Shown here in pieces: positions 52,355 through 63,356 of a DNA stretch of 64,000 nucleotides. Position 1 is the first letter of the stretch; each line of letters opens with the position of its first letter. The notes beneath the pieces were generated by a model. That model made no database searches, was not told the DNA's origin, and saw nothing but the letters and a program-made list of their open reading frames with translations. The stretch comes from an uncultured Planctomycetaceae bacterium. Lineage in GTDB: Bacteria > Planctomycetota > Planctomycetia > Isosphaerales > Isosphaeraceae. Location: contig CAWIAD010000002.1 of the NCBI GenBank assembly GCA_963833985.1, forward strand, positions 6,528,001-6,592,000, read 5' to 3'. The position numbers were made by a program, and so were the translations under genes.

Positions 52355-52927
52355 TCAGGCCCCGTCGGGAGGTCCGCCTTCCAGGCAGCGAAACAGCCAG
52401 GCCCGAGCGTAGGACCAGATCGTGTACGCCTTGCGCGGCGACACGCCGAGCACGGTCGCGGCCTGCTCGATGGTCAGGCCCGCAAAATAGTGCAGCTTGA
52501 CCAGCTCGGCGGCCTGGGCATCGGCGGCCGCGAGCTTGGTGAGCGCTTCGTGTACCGCAAGGATGTCGTCGAGCGGGGTAACGGCCGCCGGACCCTCGCT
52601 GTCCAGTTCCACCCGCCGGAGCTCGCCCCCGTGCCTGATCCGGTTCTTGCGTCGGGCGTTCTCGACGAGGATCCGGCGCATCGCCTCGGCTGCGGCCGCG
52701 AAGAAATGGCCCCGGTTCTGCCAGCGCTGGTCGTCCGCGGGGCCGACCAGGCGCAAGTAGGCTTCGTGAACCAGGGCCGTGGCCTGGAGCGTCTGGCCGG
52801 GGTTCTCCCCGACCAGCTTCTGCGCCGCCAGCTTGCGCAGCTCGTCGTAGACCAGGGGCAGCAACTGCCCGGCAGCCGCGCGGTCGCCTTGTTCGATTGC
52901 GCTCAGGATGCGGCTTGTGTCATTCAT
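52355..52927 (-). CDS. ECF sigma factor, TIGR02999-like
   Basis: LLPLVYDELRKLA, TLQATALVHEAYLRL, WSYARAWL. Confidence 0.92.
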   Translation of the reverse strand: MNDTSRILSAIEQGDRAAAGQLLPLVYDELRKLAAQKLVGENPGQTLQATALVHEAYLRLVGPADDQRWQNRGHFFAAAAEAMRRILVENARRKNRIRHGGELRRVELDSEGPAAVTPLDDILAVHEALTKLAAADAQAAELVKLHYFAGLTIEQAATVLGVSPRKAYTIWSYARAWLFRCLEGGPPDGA

Positions 52928-53062
52928 ACCAGCGATTCTTGCGATTCAAGTGGTAATCAAGGATTCGTCCGTCCAGAACGCCCCACGATCAAGGCATGCC
53001 CGGGGCGGGTCGTTCCAGGGTCTTGCGATTGTTCCCGCGATCGCCGCTCGAAGCCGCCTAGT

Positions 53063-54700
53063 CTAGCTCTTTGAGGCAGCGCGCGGCACGTAACCTGCTC
53101 CCCGGACGATCTGGCCAGGCCGGGCGCCGGTATGTTTCCCGTCCCGGACGACGGCCTTGCCGTTGACGAAGACGTCGCGGACGCCGATCGAGAGCTGGTG
53201 GGGCTTCTCAAACGTGGCCCGGTCCGCGATCGTCACCGGGTCGAAGATCACGACGTCGGCGCGGAACCCCTCATGCAGCAGGCCGCGGTCGGGGATCGAA
53301 AGCCGCGCCGCGACGGCCGATGTCATCTTGCGGATCGCGTCCTCCAGGGGAATTACACGCTCCTCGCGTACGTAGCGGCCCAGGATGCGCGGAAATGTCC
53401 CGTACTCGCGCGGGTGGGCCGGGACTTCGGGATGCTCGGGATCCAGCCCGGAACCATCGGTGCCGAACTTGATCCAGGGCTGACGCAACTGGAGCTTCAA
53501 GTTGTCCTCGCTCATCATGAAATAGACCGTGCCGATGCTCTGGTGCTCCGTGAGGATCAGGTCCATCCCGGCGTCGAGCCAGTGCTTGCCCTCGGACCGC
53601 GCGATCTCGGAGAGCCGCTTGCCGTTGTACTTGCGGTTCTGAGGCTTCTCGAGCCCGACGACGAGAACGCCCTCGGGGCTAGCGAGCTGGCCCATGTTCT
53701 CCCATTCGGTCTTCTGGTCGAGAACCTCGGCCCGGATCTTCGCCCGCACGCCGGGGTCGGCGAGCCGATCGAAGAGCTTCCCGCCGGCCGAGGCCGAGGG
53801 GGGCAGGATGGCGGTCAGAGCCGTCGCGCCGGCGACGTAGGGATACATGTCCGCGCCGACGTCGAGGCCGCGGGCGCGGGCCGCCGCGATTTTCGCGATG
53901 GCGGCCTCGGCCTTGGGCCAGTTGCGCCGGCCGCCGGCCTTCAGGTGATAGATCTCCACCGGCACTCCCCCGAGCCGGCCGATCTCGATCGCCTCGTCGA
54001 GCGCCTCCAGGAAGCGATCCGCCTCGGAACGGATGTGCGAAATATAGATGCCCACGTACGGTGCCATGACCTTCGCCAGCTCGATCAAGTCGTTCTTGGC
54101 GACGAAATTATCGGGAGGGTAGATCAGGGCCGAGGCAATTCCGAAGGCGCCGTCTTCCATCGCCTCGCGCACGACCCGGCGCATCGTGTCGAGCTCCTGG
54201 GCCGAGGGGGCGCCCTGGTCCATCCCCTTGGCGTAGGCCCGGATGGTCGCGGATCCCACAAACGAGCCGAGGTTGAGGGACGATCCGTGGCTCTCCATCG
54301 CCCGGAGCCAATCGTCGAATCCATGCGGGCCGGTGAACTTGCCCGCGAGGCTGGCCATCTCGGGATCGATCTGCCGCCCCTCCGCGATCGTGCGATCGTT
54401 GGCCGGAGCGTTCGTCCAGCCCTCGCCCATGATCTCGGTCGTCACGCCCTGCGTCACCTTGCTGACCAGCCGGCCGTCGCCCACGAGTAGGGCAGCGCGG
54501 GATTGCCCCTGGATGTCGATGAAGCCCGGGCAGACGACCATGCCGCGGGCGTCAATCCGTTCCGCGGCCTTCGCCGTCGCGAGCAGGCCCGCCCCCGCGA
54601 CGCGCGCGATCCGTCCGCCCCGGAACGCCACATCGCCGTGGAACCAGGCGTTGCCTGTCCCATCGACGACGCGGCCGCCCAGGATCACGAGGTCATAGGG
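53063..54700 (-). CDS. N-acyl-D-amino-acid deacylase (amidohydrolase), possibly the C-terminal half of a fusion
   Basis: YDLVILGGRVVDGTG, VVCPGFID, YISHIRSE, EIYHLK, FGTDG, HPREYGTFPRILG, ADVVIFDP. Confidence 0.85.
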   Translation of the reverse strand, partial: PYDLVILGGRVVDGTGNAWFHGDVAFRGGRIARVAGAGLLATAKAAERIDARGMVVCPGFIDIQGQSRAALLVGDGRLVSKVTQGVTTEIMGEGWTNAPANDRTIAEGRQIDPEMASLAGKFTGPHGFDDWLRAMESHGSSLNLGSFVGSATIRAYAKGMDQGAPSAQELDTMRRVVREAMEDGAFGIASALIYPPDNFVAKNDLIELAKVMAPYVGIYISHIRSEADRFLEALDEAIEIGRLGGVPVEIYHLKAGGRRNWPKAEAAIAKIAAARARGLDVGADMYPYVAGATALTAILPPSASAGGKLFDRLADPGVRAKIRAEVLDQKTEWENMGQLASPEGVLVVGLEKPQNRKYNGKRLSEIARSEGKHWLDAGMDLILTEHQSIGTVYFMMSEDNLKLQLRQPWIKFGTDGSGLDPEHPEVPAHPREYGTFPRILGRYVREERVIPLEDAIRKMTSAVAARLSIPDRGLLHEGFRADVVIFDPVTIADRATFEKPHQLSIGVRDVFVNGKAVVRDGKHTGARPGQIVRGAGYVPRAASKS

Positions 54701-56307
54701 GACATCCTCGTGCGCGGGGACGGGGCGGCCGCCGTCGACCTCGCCCCGCCGACCCCGGACCCGGGCTGGCGCGAGAACGAGATGTCCGCGACGCCCGGCT
54801 GGAGCGGGAGGGTGAGCCGGTCGATCCGGCCGCGACGGTCGTAGAAGAATGAAACGAGCAGGTCCTTGCTGTCGCGCTGATTGGGGTCCCGCGCCGTGAA
54901 GATGTCGTAGTGATGGTGGGACATCGGACCGGAAAGCTGTTGCGACTCGAACGTCAGATCACCGTGATCCTGACGGATCGTGACCGGGCCGTATGCGGGA
55001 TGCTCGTAACGGCCGACGTAGTCGCTCAGCGGGTGCGAGGGGGACGTCCCCTCGTGGCGCTCAACATCCTTCGTCGACTTCTCTTTCGCGGCTTTCTCCG
55101 CCTTCTCGCGATCCCCCTTCATCCGGCCGGACCAGTCGATCGGCTCTTGCCCGAGCAGGCGGTCGTAGAGGCTCCGGCTGATAACCAGGTCGATTTCCCG
55201 GCTCTCCTGATTGGTCAGGATGATCAGGCCCAACCGCTCGCGCGGCAGGAATGACATCAGGGCGTGGAACCCGGCGATGGTCCCGGTGTGTTCGACGACC
55301 TTGCGACCGCGATGGGAACCGACGATAAAGCCCATCCCGTAAGTAAGCGGCATCTCCGCCCCGTAGACCTGTGCCATCACTCCAGGCAACTCCGCGGAGG
55401 GGATCACCATCTGGGGGCTCTGCATCCGAGTCGCGTTGGCCTCAGAGAGAATGCGCCGGCCCCCGTGGAGCCCGCGGTCCATGTGGAACTGGAGGTAAGG
55501 GACCATCTCCTCGACGCACGAATTGATGGAGCCCGCCGGGCCGACGCCCGTTAAGAATCGATAGAAAGGGACCGCGCGTACCTGTCCCTCGGTTTCCCGG
55601 TAGGGGCGTGCAAAGTCGTCGTCGTGCTGGGAATCCTCCACGGAGAAGTTCGTCCGCTTCATCGCGAGCGGCGCGAGGATCCGGTCGCGGGTGAAATCTT
55701 CCCAGCTCCGGCCGGCGACCCGTTCCGCCAGATGGCCCGCGGCCATGAACATCAAGTTGTTGTACTGCCAGACGCTCCGGAAGGGACGATTCGACTCGAG
55801 GTGGCGCAGGCGAGCGAAGAGTTCCGCGCGCGACCGCGATGAGCCGTACCAGACGCCGTCGTGACTGGGCAGCCCGGAGCGGTGCGTCACCAGGTCCATC
55901 GCAGTCGTCTGTTCGGTGGCGACCGGGTCGTTGAGCCGGAAGTCGGGGAGATAGGTGCGGATCGGCTCATCCCACTGGAGCTTCCCCTCGTCCACCAGCA
56001 TGCCCAGTCCGGTCACCGTGAACGACTTGGTGATCGAGCCGATGGCGAAGAGGGTCCGCGGCGTGACGGGGAGCTTCTTCTCCAGGTCCCGGAAACCGTA
56101 TCCCTTCATCTGGATGACCTTGCCGTCGCGAACCACGGCCATGGCGAGTCCCGGCACCTTCCAGTCCTTCATCGCCTGCTCGACGAAGGAGTCCCAGCCG
56201 TCGAAGGCGTGAGCGGGTGCATCGGCCGCGTGGCCAGGCGTCGCCAGCAAGAGGCTGAGGAATAGAAGACCACACTGCAACCACGCGGCTCGTCTCATCG
56301 GATTCAT
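54685..56307 (-). CDS. Secreted serine hydrolase (class C beta-lactamase family) with DUF3471
   Basis: Signal peptide, FAIGSITKSF (SxxK), QYNNLMF (YxN), EHTG, YVGRYEHPAYG. Confidence 0.88.
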   Translation of the reverse strand: MNPMRRAAWLQCGLLFLSLLLATPGHAADAPAHAFDGWDSFVEQAMKDWKVPGLAMAVVRDGKVIQMKGYGFRDLEKKLPVTPRTLFAIGSITKSFTVTGLGMLVDEGKLQWDEPIRTYLPDFRLNDPVATEQTTAMDLVTHRSGLPSHDGVWYGSSRSRAELFARLRHLESNRPFRSVWQYNNLMFMAAGHLAERVAGRSWEDFTRDRILAPLAMKRTNFSVEDSQHDDDFARPYRETEGQVRAVPFYRFLTGVGPAGSINSCVEEMVPYLQFHMDRGLHGGRRILSEANATRMQSPQMVIPSAELPGVMAQVYGAEMPLTYGMGFIVGSHRGRKVVEHTGTIAGFHALMSFLPRERLGLIILTNQESREIDLVISRSLYDRLLGQEPIDWSGRMKGDREKAEKAAKEKSTKDVERHEGTSPSHPLSDYVGRYEHPAYGPVTIRQDHGDLTFESQQLSGPMSHHHYDIFTARDPNQRDSKDLLVSFFYDRRGRIDRLTLPLQPGVADISFSRQPGSGVGGARSTAAAPSPRTRMSPMTS

Positions 56308-56547
56308 CGGTGGAGGGACCCCGTCGTGACCCAGGTTCAAGCACATTGACACGCTGAATGGCAAATAATATCAGCGATGACGCGACGATCGTGCAATCCA
56401 TTGGAGCATTGGAACTACGCCGTCCTCTGCCAAGCTCGTGAGCTATCTTGAAACTGGTCATCCATGTGCCATAAGATACGGCCCGAAAAGGCGTGCCCTC
56501 GAACGAATCGGCCACGCCATCCGACCGATTCCATGAGGAGATTCTGC

Positions 56548-57928
56548 GTGACGAACACCGCCCCGTTCGCCCGATCGTCTTTCGTGCTGGCCGCGCTTTG
56601 CCTGGCCCCTGTGGCGAACGCCGAGGACCTGACCAAGAATTCCAGCAGTACATGGACGCCGCCGTCAAGGTCGACGGGTTCAGCGGCTCCGTCCTCGTCT
56701 CTCGGGGCGGCGAGACGCTGTTCGCACACGGGTACGGCCTGGCCAACATCGAGCACCAGGTCCCCAACACCCCCCGAACGAGATTCCGCATCGGGTCGAT
56801 CACCAAGCAGTTCACCGCGATGGCCATCATGATCCTGGCCGAGCAGGGCAAGCTCGGGCTCGACGACCCGATCGGCAAGTACGTCGACGACGCCCCGAGA
56901 ACCTGGGAGAAGGTCACGATCCACCATCTGCTGACCCACACCTCGGGGATCTTCAACATGACGTCTGATCCCGACTTCGGGAAGTTGATGTCCCGGCCCG
57001 AGACCTTGCGGAGCCTGATCGCCCGGTTCAGGGACAAGCCGGTCGACTTCGCGCCGGGCGAGTAATTCGCGTACTGCAACTCGGGCTACATCCTGCTCGG
57101 CGCCGTCATCGAAAAAGCCTCGGGGATGAGCTACGAAGCCTTCCTGAACAAGTCGATCTTCGGGCCTCTAGGTTTGAAGGACACGGGGTATGACCATTCG
57201 GAGACCATCATTCCGAACCGGGCCGCGGGCCACGAGCGTGCCGGTGATCGACTCAAGAACGCGGACTACATCCACATGTCCCAACCCTTTTCCGCCGGGG
57301 CTCTGTATTCGACGGTGGAGGATTTGGCCCGGTGGGACCATGCGCTCCACGACGGGAAGCTGATCTCGAAGGCGTCGTACGCCCGAATGTTCACGCCGGA
57401 GAAAGACGGTTACGCCTACGGCTGGATGGTCGGGACCCTGTCGGGCGCAAGGAGATCGAACACGGGGGCAGCATCAACGGGTTCAAGTCGCAGATCGTCC
57501 GTTATCCTGACCAGGAGGTCTGCGTCGTCGTGCTCTGCAACGTGTACCCCTGCGGCACGTTGAAGGTCGCCCACGACCTGGCCGCCATCGCGTTCGGGGA
57601 AGCGTACAAGCTTCCGGAGGAGCGGGCGGTGGCCGCGGTCGACCCGAAGGTGCTCGACTCTTACTTGGGTCACTACGAAACGAGCGGCTTCGGCGTGATG
57701 ACCATCACCCGTGACGGAAACCATCTCCTGGTACAGTCAGGGCCCCTAATGCCCCGAATGACGGCACTGCCCGCGTCGGAGAGTGAGTTCTTCGTGAAGT
57801 TCAGCGACGTCAGCATCACCTTCGTCAAGGACGCGGAGGGAAAGGGCACCCACATGGTGCTGCGGCAGGGGAAACTCGAGATCAAGGCGAAGCGGCTTGA
57901 GGAGGGGGGAGAAGAGCCCCACAAGTAG
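56548..57928 (+). pseudogene. Serine hydrolase (beta-lactamase family) with DUF3471, disrupted
   Basis: GAGGAG RBS; FRIGSITKQF, E*FAYCNSGY (TAA 57063-57065), AGALYSTVEDL, EHGGSINGF; frameshifts near 56636 and 57440. Confidence 0.75.
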
Positions 57929-58003
57929 CACCATGTCGGCGGTTCGGACCGCCGAGCCCGGTCGGCAGGCCTTCTTTCGCGAAGAATCACTCCAGGGATC
58001 ACC

Positions 58004-58782
58004 ATGTTAAGCATTCAGCCCAGCGACAGCGACTTTCCGTCGCGGCACCGGTTCGACCAGGCCTTCTTTCTCATGATGGTACTCCTGGTCTGGGCTGCGG
58101 TCCTGTCCGGATTCCTCTACAAGAACGTCAACAAGTTCATGGAAGGCACGCTTACCTACCCGTGGGTCGTTCACTTGCACGGCATTCTCTATTCTCTATG
58201 GCTGATCTATTTCACGACGCAGGTGTTCTTGATTGGCCGTGGATCGGTCTCGCTCCACCGCAAGCTGGGCCCGTTCGGCGCGGCCCTCGCAGCGGTGATG
58301 GTGGTGAGTGGGATTCAGACGGGGATCGTGACCGAGAGGGTCGTATATGCCAGATATGGAGCCACGATTCTGGCTGGCATCTTCGCGGACATGGTGTGCT
58401 TCGGCAGCCTCGTGGCGGCAGCCATTCTCCTGCGCGGGTCGCCGGCGGCCCACAAGCGGTTGATGCTCATGGCCACGCTCGGGCTGACCGACGCCGGGTT
58501 CGGCCGCTGGCTGAGCCCGGCGATCAATCGCTGGCTCGGCCTGCATGATTACTACATTCTCCCCACGTTCTCCGGGGCGCGTGGTCGTTCATTCGATTCC
58601 AGGTGCTGCCCGCGTACACACTGATCGCCGCAATCGGAGTCTACGACCTGCTCACACGGAGGCGGCTCCATCCGGTGTATGTCGCCGCGGTGGCCTGGTG
58701 CCTGCCCATCCAGTTGCTCAGCGGCTGGCTCTATTACCAGCCCTTCTGGAAGCAGGTCGCGGGGCGCATCCTGGGACACTGA
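58004..58782 (+). CDS. Multi-pass membrane protein (frameshift near 58578)
   Basis: Several TM segments, VHLHG, LHRKLG, AHKRLML; the C-terminal YDLLTRRRLHPVY is in another frame ending at 58782. Confidence 0.7.
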
Positions 58783-58799
58783 TCCGCCTCGCCGGCCGG

Positions 58800-60640
58800 T
58801 CACGGCGCGGTCGGGTTTTTCTCCAGGTGCGAGAGGTCCCAGACCCGCACCGTCCCGTCCCGGCTCCCCGACACCAGCCGCCGGCCGTCGGGCGTGAACG
58901 CGACACGTGTGACCAGCCCCGTGTGACCGCGGAAGTTGCGCACGAGGGCACCGGTCCGGCTATCCCAGACCTTCACGGTGCTGTCCTCGCCCGCCGAGGC
59001 GATCCAGCGGCCCTCGGGGTCGGGGCTGAACGACACCGAGCAGACCTCGCCGCTATGACCGGAGAGGGATTGGACCTCTCGGCCGCTCGTCACGTCCCAG
59101 ACCTTGACCGTGTGCGCCACCCCTCCCGCGACGAGTCGCTTGCCGTCGGGGCTGAACGCAATGTTCAGGAGCTCCCAGGTGGTGCGCGTGCGCAGGACGG
59201 CGAGCGGCTCCTGCGGCTCGGTCAGGCGGGCCGCGTCCCAGATCTTCACGGTGCCGTCGGCGCTCGCCGACGCCAGGCGCCGGCCGTCGCGACTGAACGC
59301 GAGGCGCCGGATCTGCCGGTCGTGCGCGCCGGGCGTGCCCTCCTCGCGCCCGGTCGCCGCATCCCAGACACGGATGACGCGATCCGATCCCCCGGAGACG
59401 AGGTAACGGCCGTCGGGGCTGAAGGCCACGGTGAAGGTCTCGCCCTCCCTCGGCAGGACGTAAGCGGTCTGTCCCGTTCGCGTGTCCCAGACCTTGACGG
59501 GGTGCGCCTTCCGCCCGTCACCCCCAGACGAGGACACGACCCGCTCGCCGTCGGGGTGCCAGGCCACGCTGAACATGACGCGCGGCTGTCCCGCGAATTC
59601 GCGGCTCAGGCGGCCGGTCGACAGGTCCCAGACGTAGATGGGCGCGTCCACCAGCCCCGGCCGAACCAGGCCGCCCGTGACGAGCCGACGGCCGTCGGGG
59701 CTGATCGCCAGGCCCCAGACCTCGCCCGACGGCTGCACGAGTTCGAGGACCTCCTGGGTCTCGTCCCCCCGAAGGCTCGCCGCATCCCAGAGCCGGATCG
59801 TCCCGTCGGCACTGCACGAGGCGAGGAGTCGGCCGTCGGGGCTGAACGCGACGCACAGGCTCATGGCCTCGTGACCGCGGAGCTTGAGCACTTCCCGCCC
59901 GATCGCCGCCTCCCACAGCGCGCACCGTCCGGTCCTCGCCGCACGAGGCGAGGCGGAGGCCGTCCGGGCTGTACGCCGCGCCCAGGATGATCCCGTCCTG
60001 ACCGCGCCAGGAGTCGAGCCGTCGGCCCGTCGTCGCGTCCCACACCATCAGGCGCCGGTCGGAACTGGCCGAGGTGAGGCGTGTGCCACCGGGGCTGAAC
60101 GTGAGCGAGCTGATGGGATGCTGATGTGCGACCAGGTCGTGGAGGCGTTTGCCGGTCTCCACGTCCCAGATCATCAGGCTGCCGTCCCAACCCCCCGAGG
60201 CGAGCCGCTGCCCGTCGGGGCTGAAGGCCACGCTGATCGAGCGGCTCTCGTGCCCGGGCAGGGTGTGGAGCAGCCGGCGCTCCTTCCAGTCCCAGAGCTT
60301 CACCGACCCATCCTTGCCCGACGCCAGCCGCTGCCCGTCGGGGCTGAAGGCCACGCTACACGCCGTGCCATAGGGATAGTGCATGCCAAGATAGCCCTCC
60401 TCCGCGAACACTTCGCGGCCATCCGAGATATCCCAGACCTTCAACTTGCCGTCCGCGCTCGTTGAGGCCAGGTGCGTCCCGACGGGGTGGAACGCCACCG
60501 AGTAGACGAAGTCGGCGCCCGTCGGGATGGTCCGCATGACCGCGTCCGTCGCGAGGTCCCAGACCTTCACCGTCCCGTCGCCGCACGACGACGCGAGGCG
60601 ACGCCCGTCGGGGCTGAAGCGGATGCTGGTGAACTCCGCC
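58800..60640 (-). pseudogene. WD40-repeat protein lacking its N-terminus (frameshift near 59925)
   Basis: More than ten canonical repeats (VAFSPDG.RLAS...DGTVKVWD). The WD40 pattern stops abruptly at about 60640, where an integrase fragment begins. Confidence 0.75.
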
Positions 60641-60644
60641 CGCG

Positions 60645-60900
60645 AGGGCAAGACGCCCGCCTTCCACGACCAGCAGGTCCGCGACCTCATCGATTCCGTC
60701 ATAGAGGGCGACGTCATCAGAGTCCGCGACAAGACACTGCTCATCATCCTGGCCTACACGGCGGCCCGGGCCGGCGCGGTGGCCCGGCTGCGAACGATGG
60801 ACTACGTCACGGACGGGCGGTCGTGGTTCTTCAACTTCGGCGAGAAGGGCGGCAAGCTCCATCAGGTCCCCTGCGGCACGACCTCCAGCTCCAGATCGTC
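60645..60900 (+). pseudogene. Tyrosine recombinase internal fragment
   Basis: EGKTPAF..QVRDLIDS...RDKTLLIILAYTAARAGAV...EKGGKLHQVPC (box I Arg and catalytic Lys region). No start and no HxxR/Y box. Confidence 0.75.
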
Positions 60901-60994
60901 GAACGGATCTCCCTGTAACGACCGGACACCGACGGGGTCAGTTCACGCCATCCACCCCCCTGCCCGTCGACCGGCACCGTTGGGCTATGTGCCC

Positions 60995-61490
60995 TCACAC
61001 AGCGCCGATGACCAGCACTTCACGAGCCGCTTCGACGACCTCGCGTGTCACCGCCTCGAGCCCGTTGAGCAAGAGGACTCGCCCGACCTGAGTCAGCAAC
61101 CGATCGAGGAGCCGGAGATTCCCGCCCGTGATCCGCACGATCGCAGCGACCGCCTCCTCATCGGCGACCCGTTCCCCCGGCAACGCCACGCCCGAAGTCC
61201 AACCTTCACGCATCAAGCGAGTGGCGTCCGTCGCGCTCAGGGGCCGGTAGGCGTGGACGAACCCCACCCGCGAGTAGAGCTGCGGGTAGCGCGACAGTCG
61301 TCGCTCCAGCCCCGGCATGCCAATCAGGACCAGCCCGATGCCGTGCCGGTCCGAGATGTCCCGCAACTGCTCCAGGCCCGCCATTCTCAAGCGGTCGGCC
61401 TCATCCGCCAGCAGCAGGGCCGTCAGGTCGGCCGCCTCGCGGCACCGCCGGCCGTGTTCGAGGTGCAACTCCTTGATCCGGTCGATCGAG
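60995..61490 (-). pseudogene. TniB/ExeA-like AAA ATPase, C-terminal part
   Basis: LLLADEADRL (Walker B), LVLIGMPGLE, YPQLYSRVGF, TGGNLRLLDRLL. Walker A is missing. Confidence 0.8.
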
Positions 61491-61499
61491 GCTTCACCG

Positions 61500-62376
61500 C
61501 AGGCGCGTAGCCCGGGAGTTCCGGGAGCAGCACCTGGGACACGTTCTCGAAAAAGCGCTCGATCTTCCCCCGACCCCGGAGCCGCCCGACCATCGAGTTC
61601 GTCAGGCGGATCTCGACGTCGGCGGCAACCTGCTCGAGATGTCGGGAAGTGAAATCACTGCCGTGGTCCGAGTAGTGCACGCCGGGGATTCCACAGACGT
61701 CCCAGCCCGGACGCCCTTTGCGCCAGATCGCGTGCCTGAGAGCCAGAGCCGTCTGGATCGCCGACGGGCTGCCGAAGAACAACGCATAGCCTGCCACGGC
61801 GCGACTGTAGTGGTCAAGGATTACGGTCAGCCAAGGCTTCTCGGGTCCCGGCTGTCCGTCTTTCAGCAGGATGTCGAGTTCCGTGTGATCGGCGTGCCAG
61901 ACGGCGTTGGGGCCGACCGCCTCGTGGCGGAGGAGCAGGTCGAAGGACTCGGCATAGACCTTCGTCCCCTGGTGGGCCAGGGCCCCAGGGCCGGGTCGAG
62001 GTCGCGGACCAGATGATAGACCGCTTGTATCCCGGCGGGGCCTCCCCGAGCTGCTCGGCGAGGGCAAGAGCCTGGCGATGGATGGACGCCGCAGATAGTC
62101 GGGGCTACTTCAGAGCCAGGCCCTCGATGGCCCGGCACAGCGTGTCCGAGAGCCGTCGCTTGCCCAGGTCGATTCGCACTTTGCGGACCAGCCCGGCAAG
62201 ACCGTCGAGGCGGTACTGCGCGACCCAGCGTCGGGCCGTGCGGAGGGCGAGGCCCGGTCGCGGGCCACGCGGGCCAGGGGGACTCCCTCTCCCAGCGAGG
62301 GGCGCACGAGTTCGAACCGCTCGAAGGATCGGGCACGCTCGTCCTCCGACAGGCCGCTGGGTGGGGGCTTCGCCAT
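61500..62376 (-). pseudogene. TniA/Mu-like DDE transposase (Tn552/Tn5053-like), fragmented
   Basis: ERFELVRP, RTARRWVAQYRLDGLAGL, PNAVWHADHTELD, PWLTVILDHYSRAV, YSDHGSDFTS, GRGKIERFF; several frameshifts and the C-terminus deleted. Confidence 0.82.
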
Positions 62377-62547
62377 GGCCTGGGAGACTCCTCTGGCAGT
62401 GCGGGGGCGGCGAGCCAAAGCGGCTACCGTGGGATGTGCCGTTCATCGGCCAAGGATGCCAGCGAGCTCCAAAGAAACCGTGCCGGAGAGTGGGCAACTT
62501 AACAGCGAGTCCGTGCGAATCCACGTTTTTGTCGAGGGCCAGTCGCG

Positions 62548-63339
62548 ATGCCAGAGGTTTTCCTGAATGGGGCGTCACTGTTTTACCAGGACGTTGGAAG
62601 CGGCAACCCGCTGCTCTTTCTTCCCGGCCTGGGCGCGCCCCACGGCATGTTCCGGCCCCAGGCCGAGGCGCTCGCGGCGACGCACCGGCTGATCTTGCCC
62701 GACCTGCGGGGCAACGGGCAATCCGGCCGGCTGGAAGGGCCGATCGGCACGGTCCTGAACCGCCAGTGCGACGACCTGGCCGCCTTGCTCGACCGCCTGG
62801 AAATCGCCAGGGCGGTGGTCGTGGGGGTATCCTATGGCGGAGCGGTGGCGTTGCACCTTGCCCTGAGGCATTCCGACCGGGTGGCCGGCCTGGTGGTCGT
62901 CGATTCGTTCGCCGAGCTGCGGCTGACCCAGCCGATGGAGGGGCTTCTGCTGGCCGGGAGTTATCTGACACTCTGGGCGTACTACCTGCCGGCCTGGCTG
63001 CTGAAGTTGCTGGCGCGCGGCTTCTACCGCGGCTGGCCCACCGCCTGTATGCTCATCCCCGAACTGGTTGACGGTTTCCGGCCCACCGAGGCCGTCCTCC
63101 AGAGCCTGGCGATGTGCCGGATCGGTCCGGCGGGAGAACTGGACCGCATCCGCTGCCCTGCGCTGGGGATCGTGGGCGGCTTCTCGGGTACGGCCGTCCG
63201 TTTCATGGAACATGCCATGCACGCGATACCAGGCTCAAGGCTCGAAGTCGTGCCCGATTCGTTCGACCCGACGAACCTGTGCCAGCCGGAGGAGTTCAAC
63301 CGCCTCCTGGCCGAATATCTCCGCGTGATTCCCTGGTGA
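62548..63339 (+). CDS. Alpha/beta hydrolase
   Basis: LFYQDVGSGNPLLFLPG, PDLRGNGQS, GVSYGG nucleophile elbow. Confidence 0.88.
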   Translation: MPEVFLNGASLFYQDVGSGNPLLFLPGLGAPHGMFRPQAEALAATHRLILPDLRGNGQSGRLEGPIGTVLNRQCDDLAALLDRLEIARAVVVGVSYGGAVALHLALRHSDRVAGLVVVDSFAELRLTQPMEGLLLAGSYLTLWAYYLPAWLLKLLARGFYRGWPTACMLIPELVDGFRPTEAVLQSLAMCRIGPAGELDRIRCPALGIVGGFSGTAVRFMEHAMHAIPGSRLEVVPDSFDPTNLCQPEEFNRLLAEYLRVIPW

Positions 63340-63356
63340 TGACGGGAGCAACCAGC

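Noticed and set aside
14882..57065. Stop-codon reassignment suggested by in-frame stops at 14882, 36619, 43802 and 57063
   Set aside because: The stops are of all three types (TAG, TAG, TGA, TAA), and all three are used as normal terminators elsewhere in the window. Point mutation or sequencing error is simpler.
60995..62376. CRISPR-associated transposon or intact Tn7-like element
   Set aside because: No TniQ/TnsD, cas genes or repeat array are present, and both genes are fragments.
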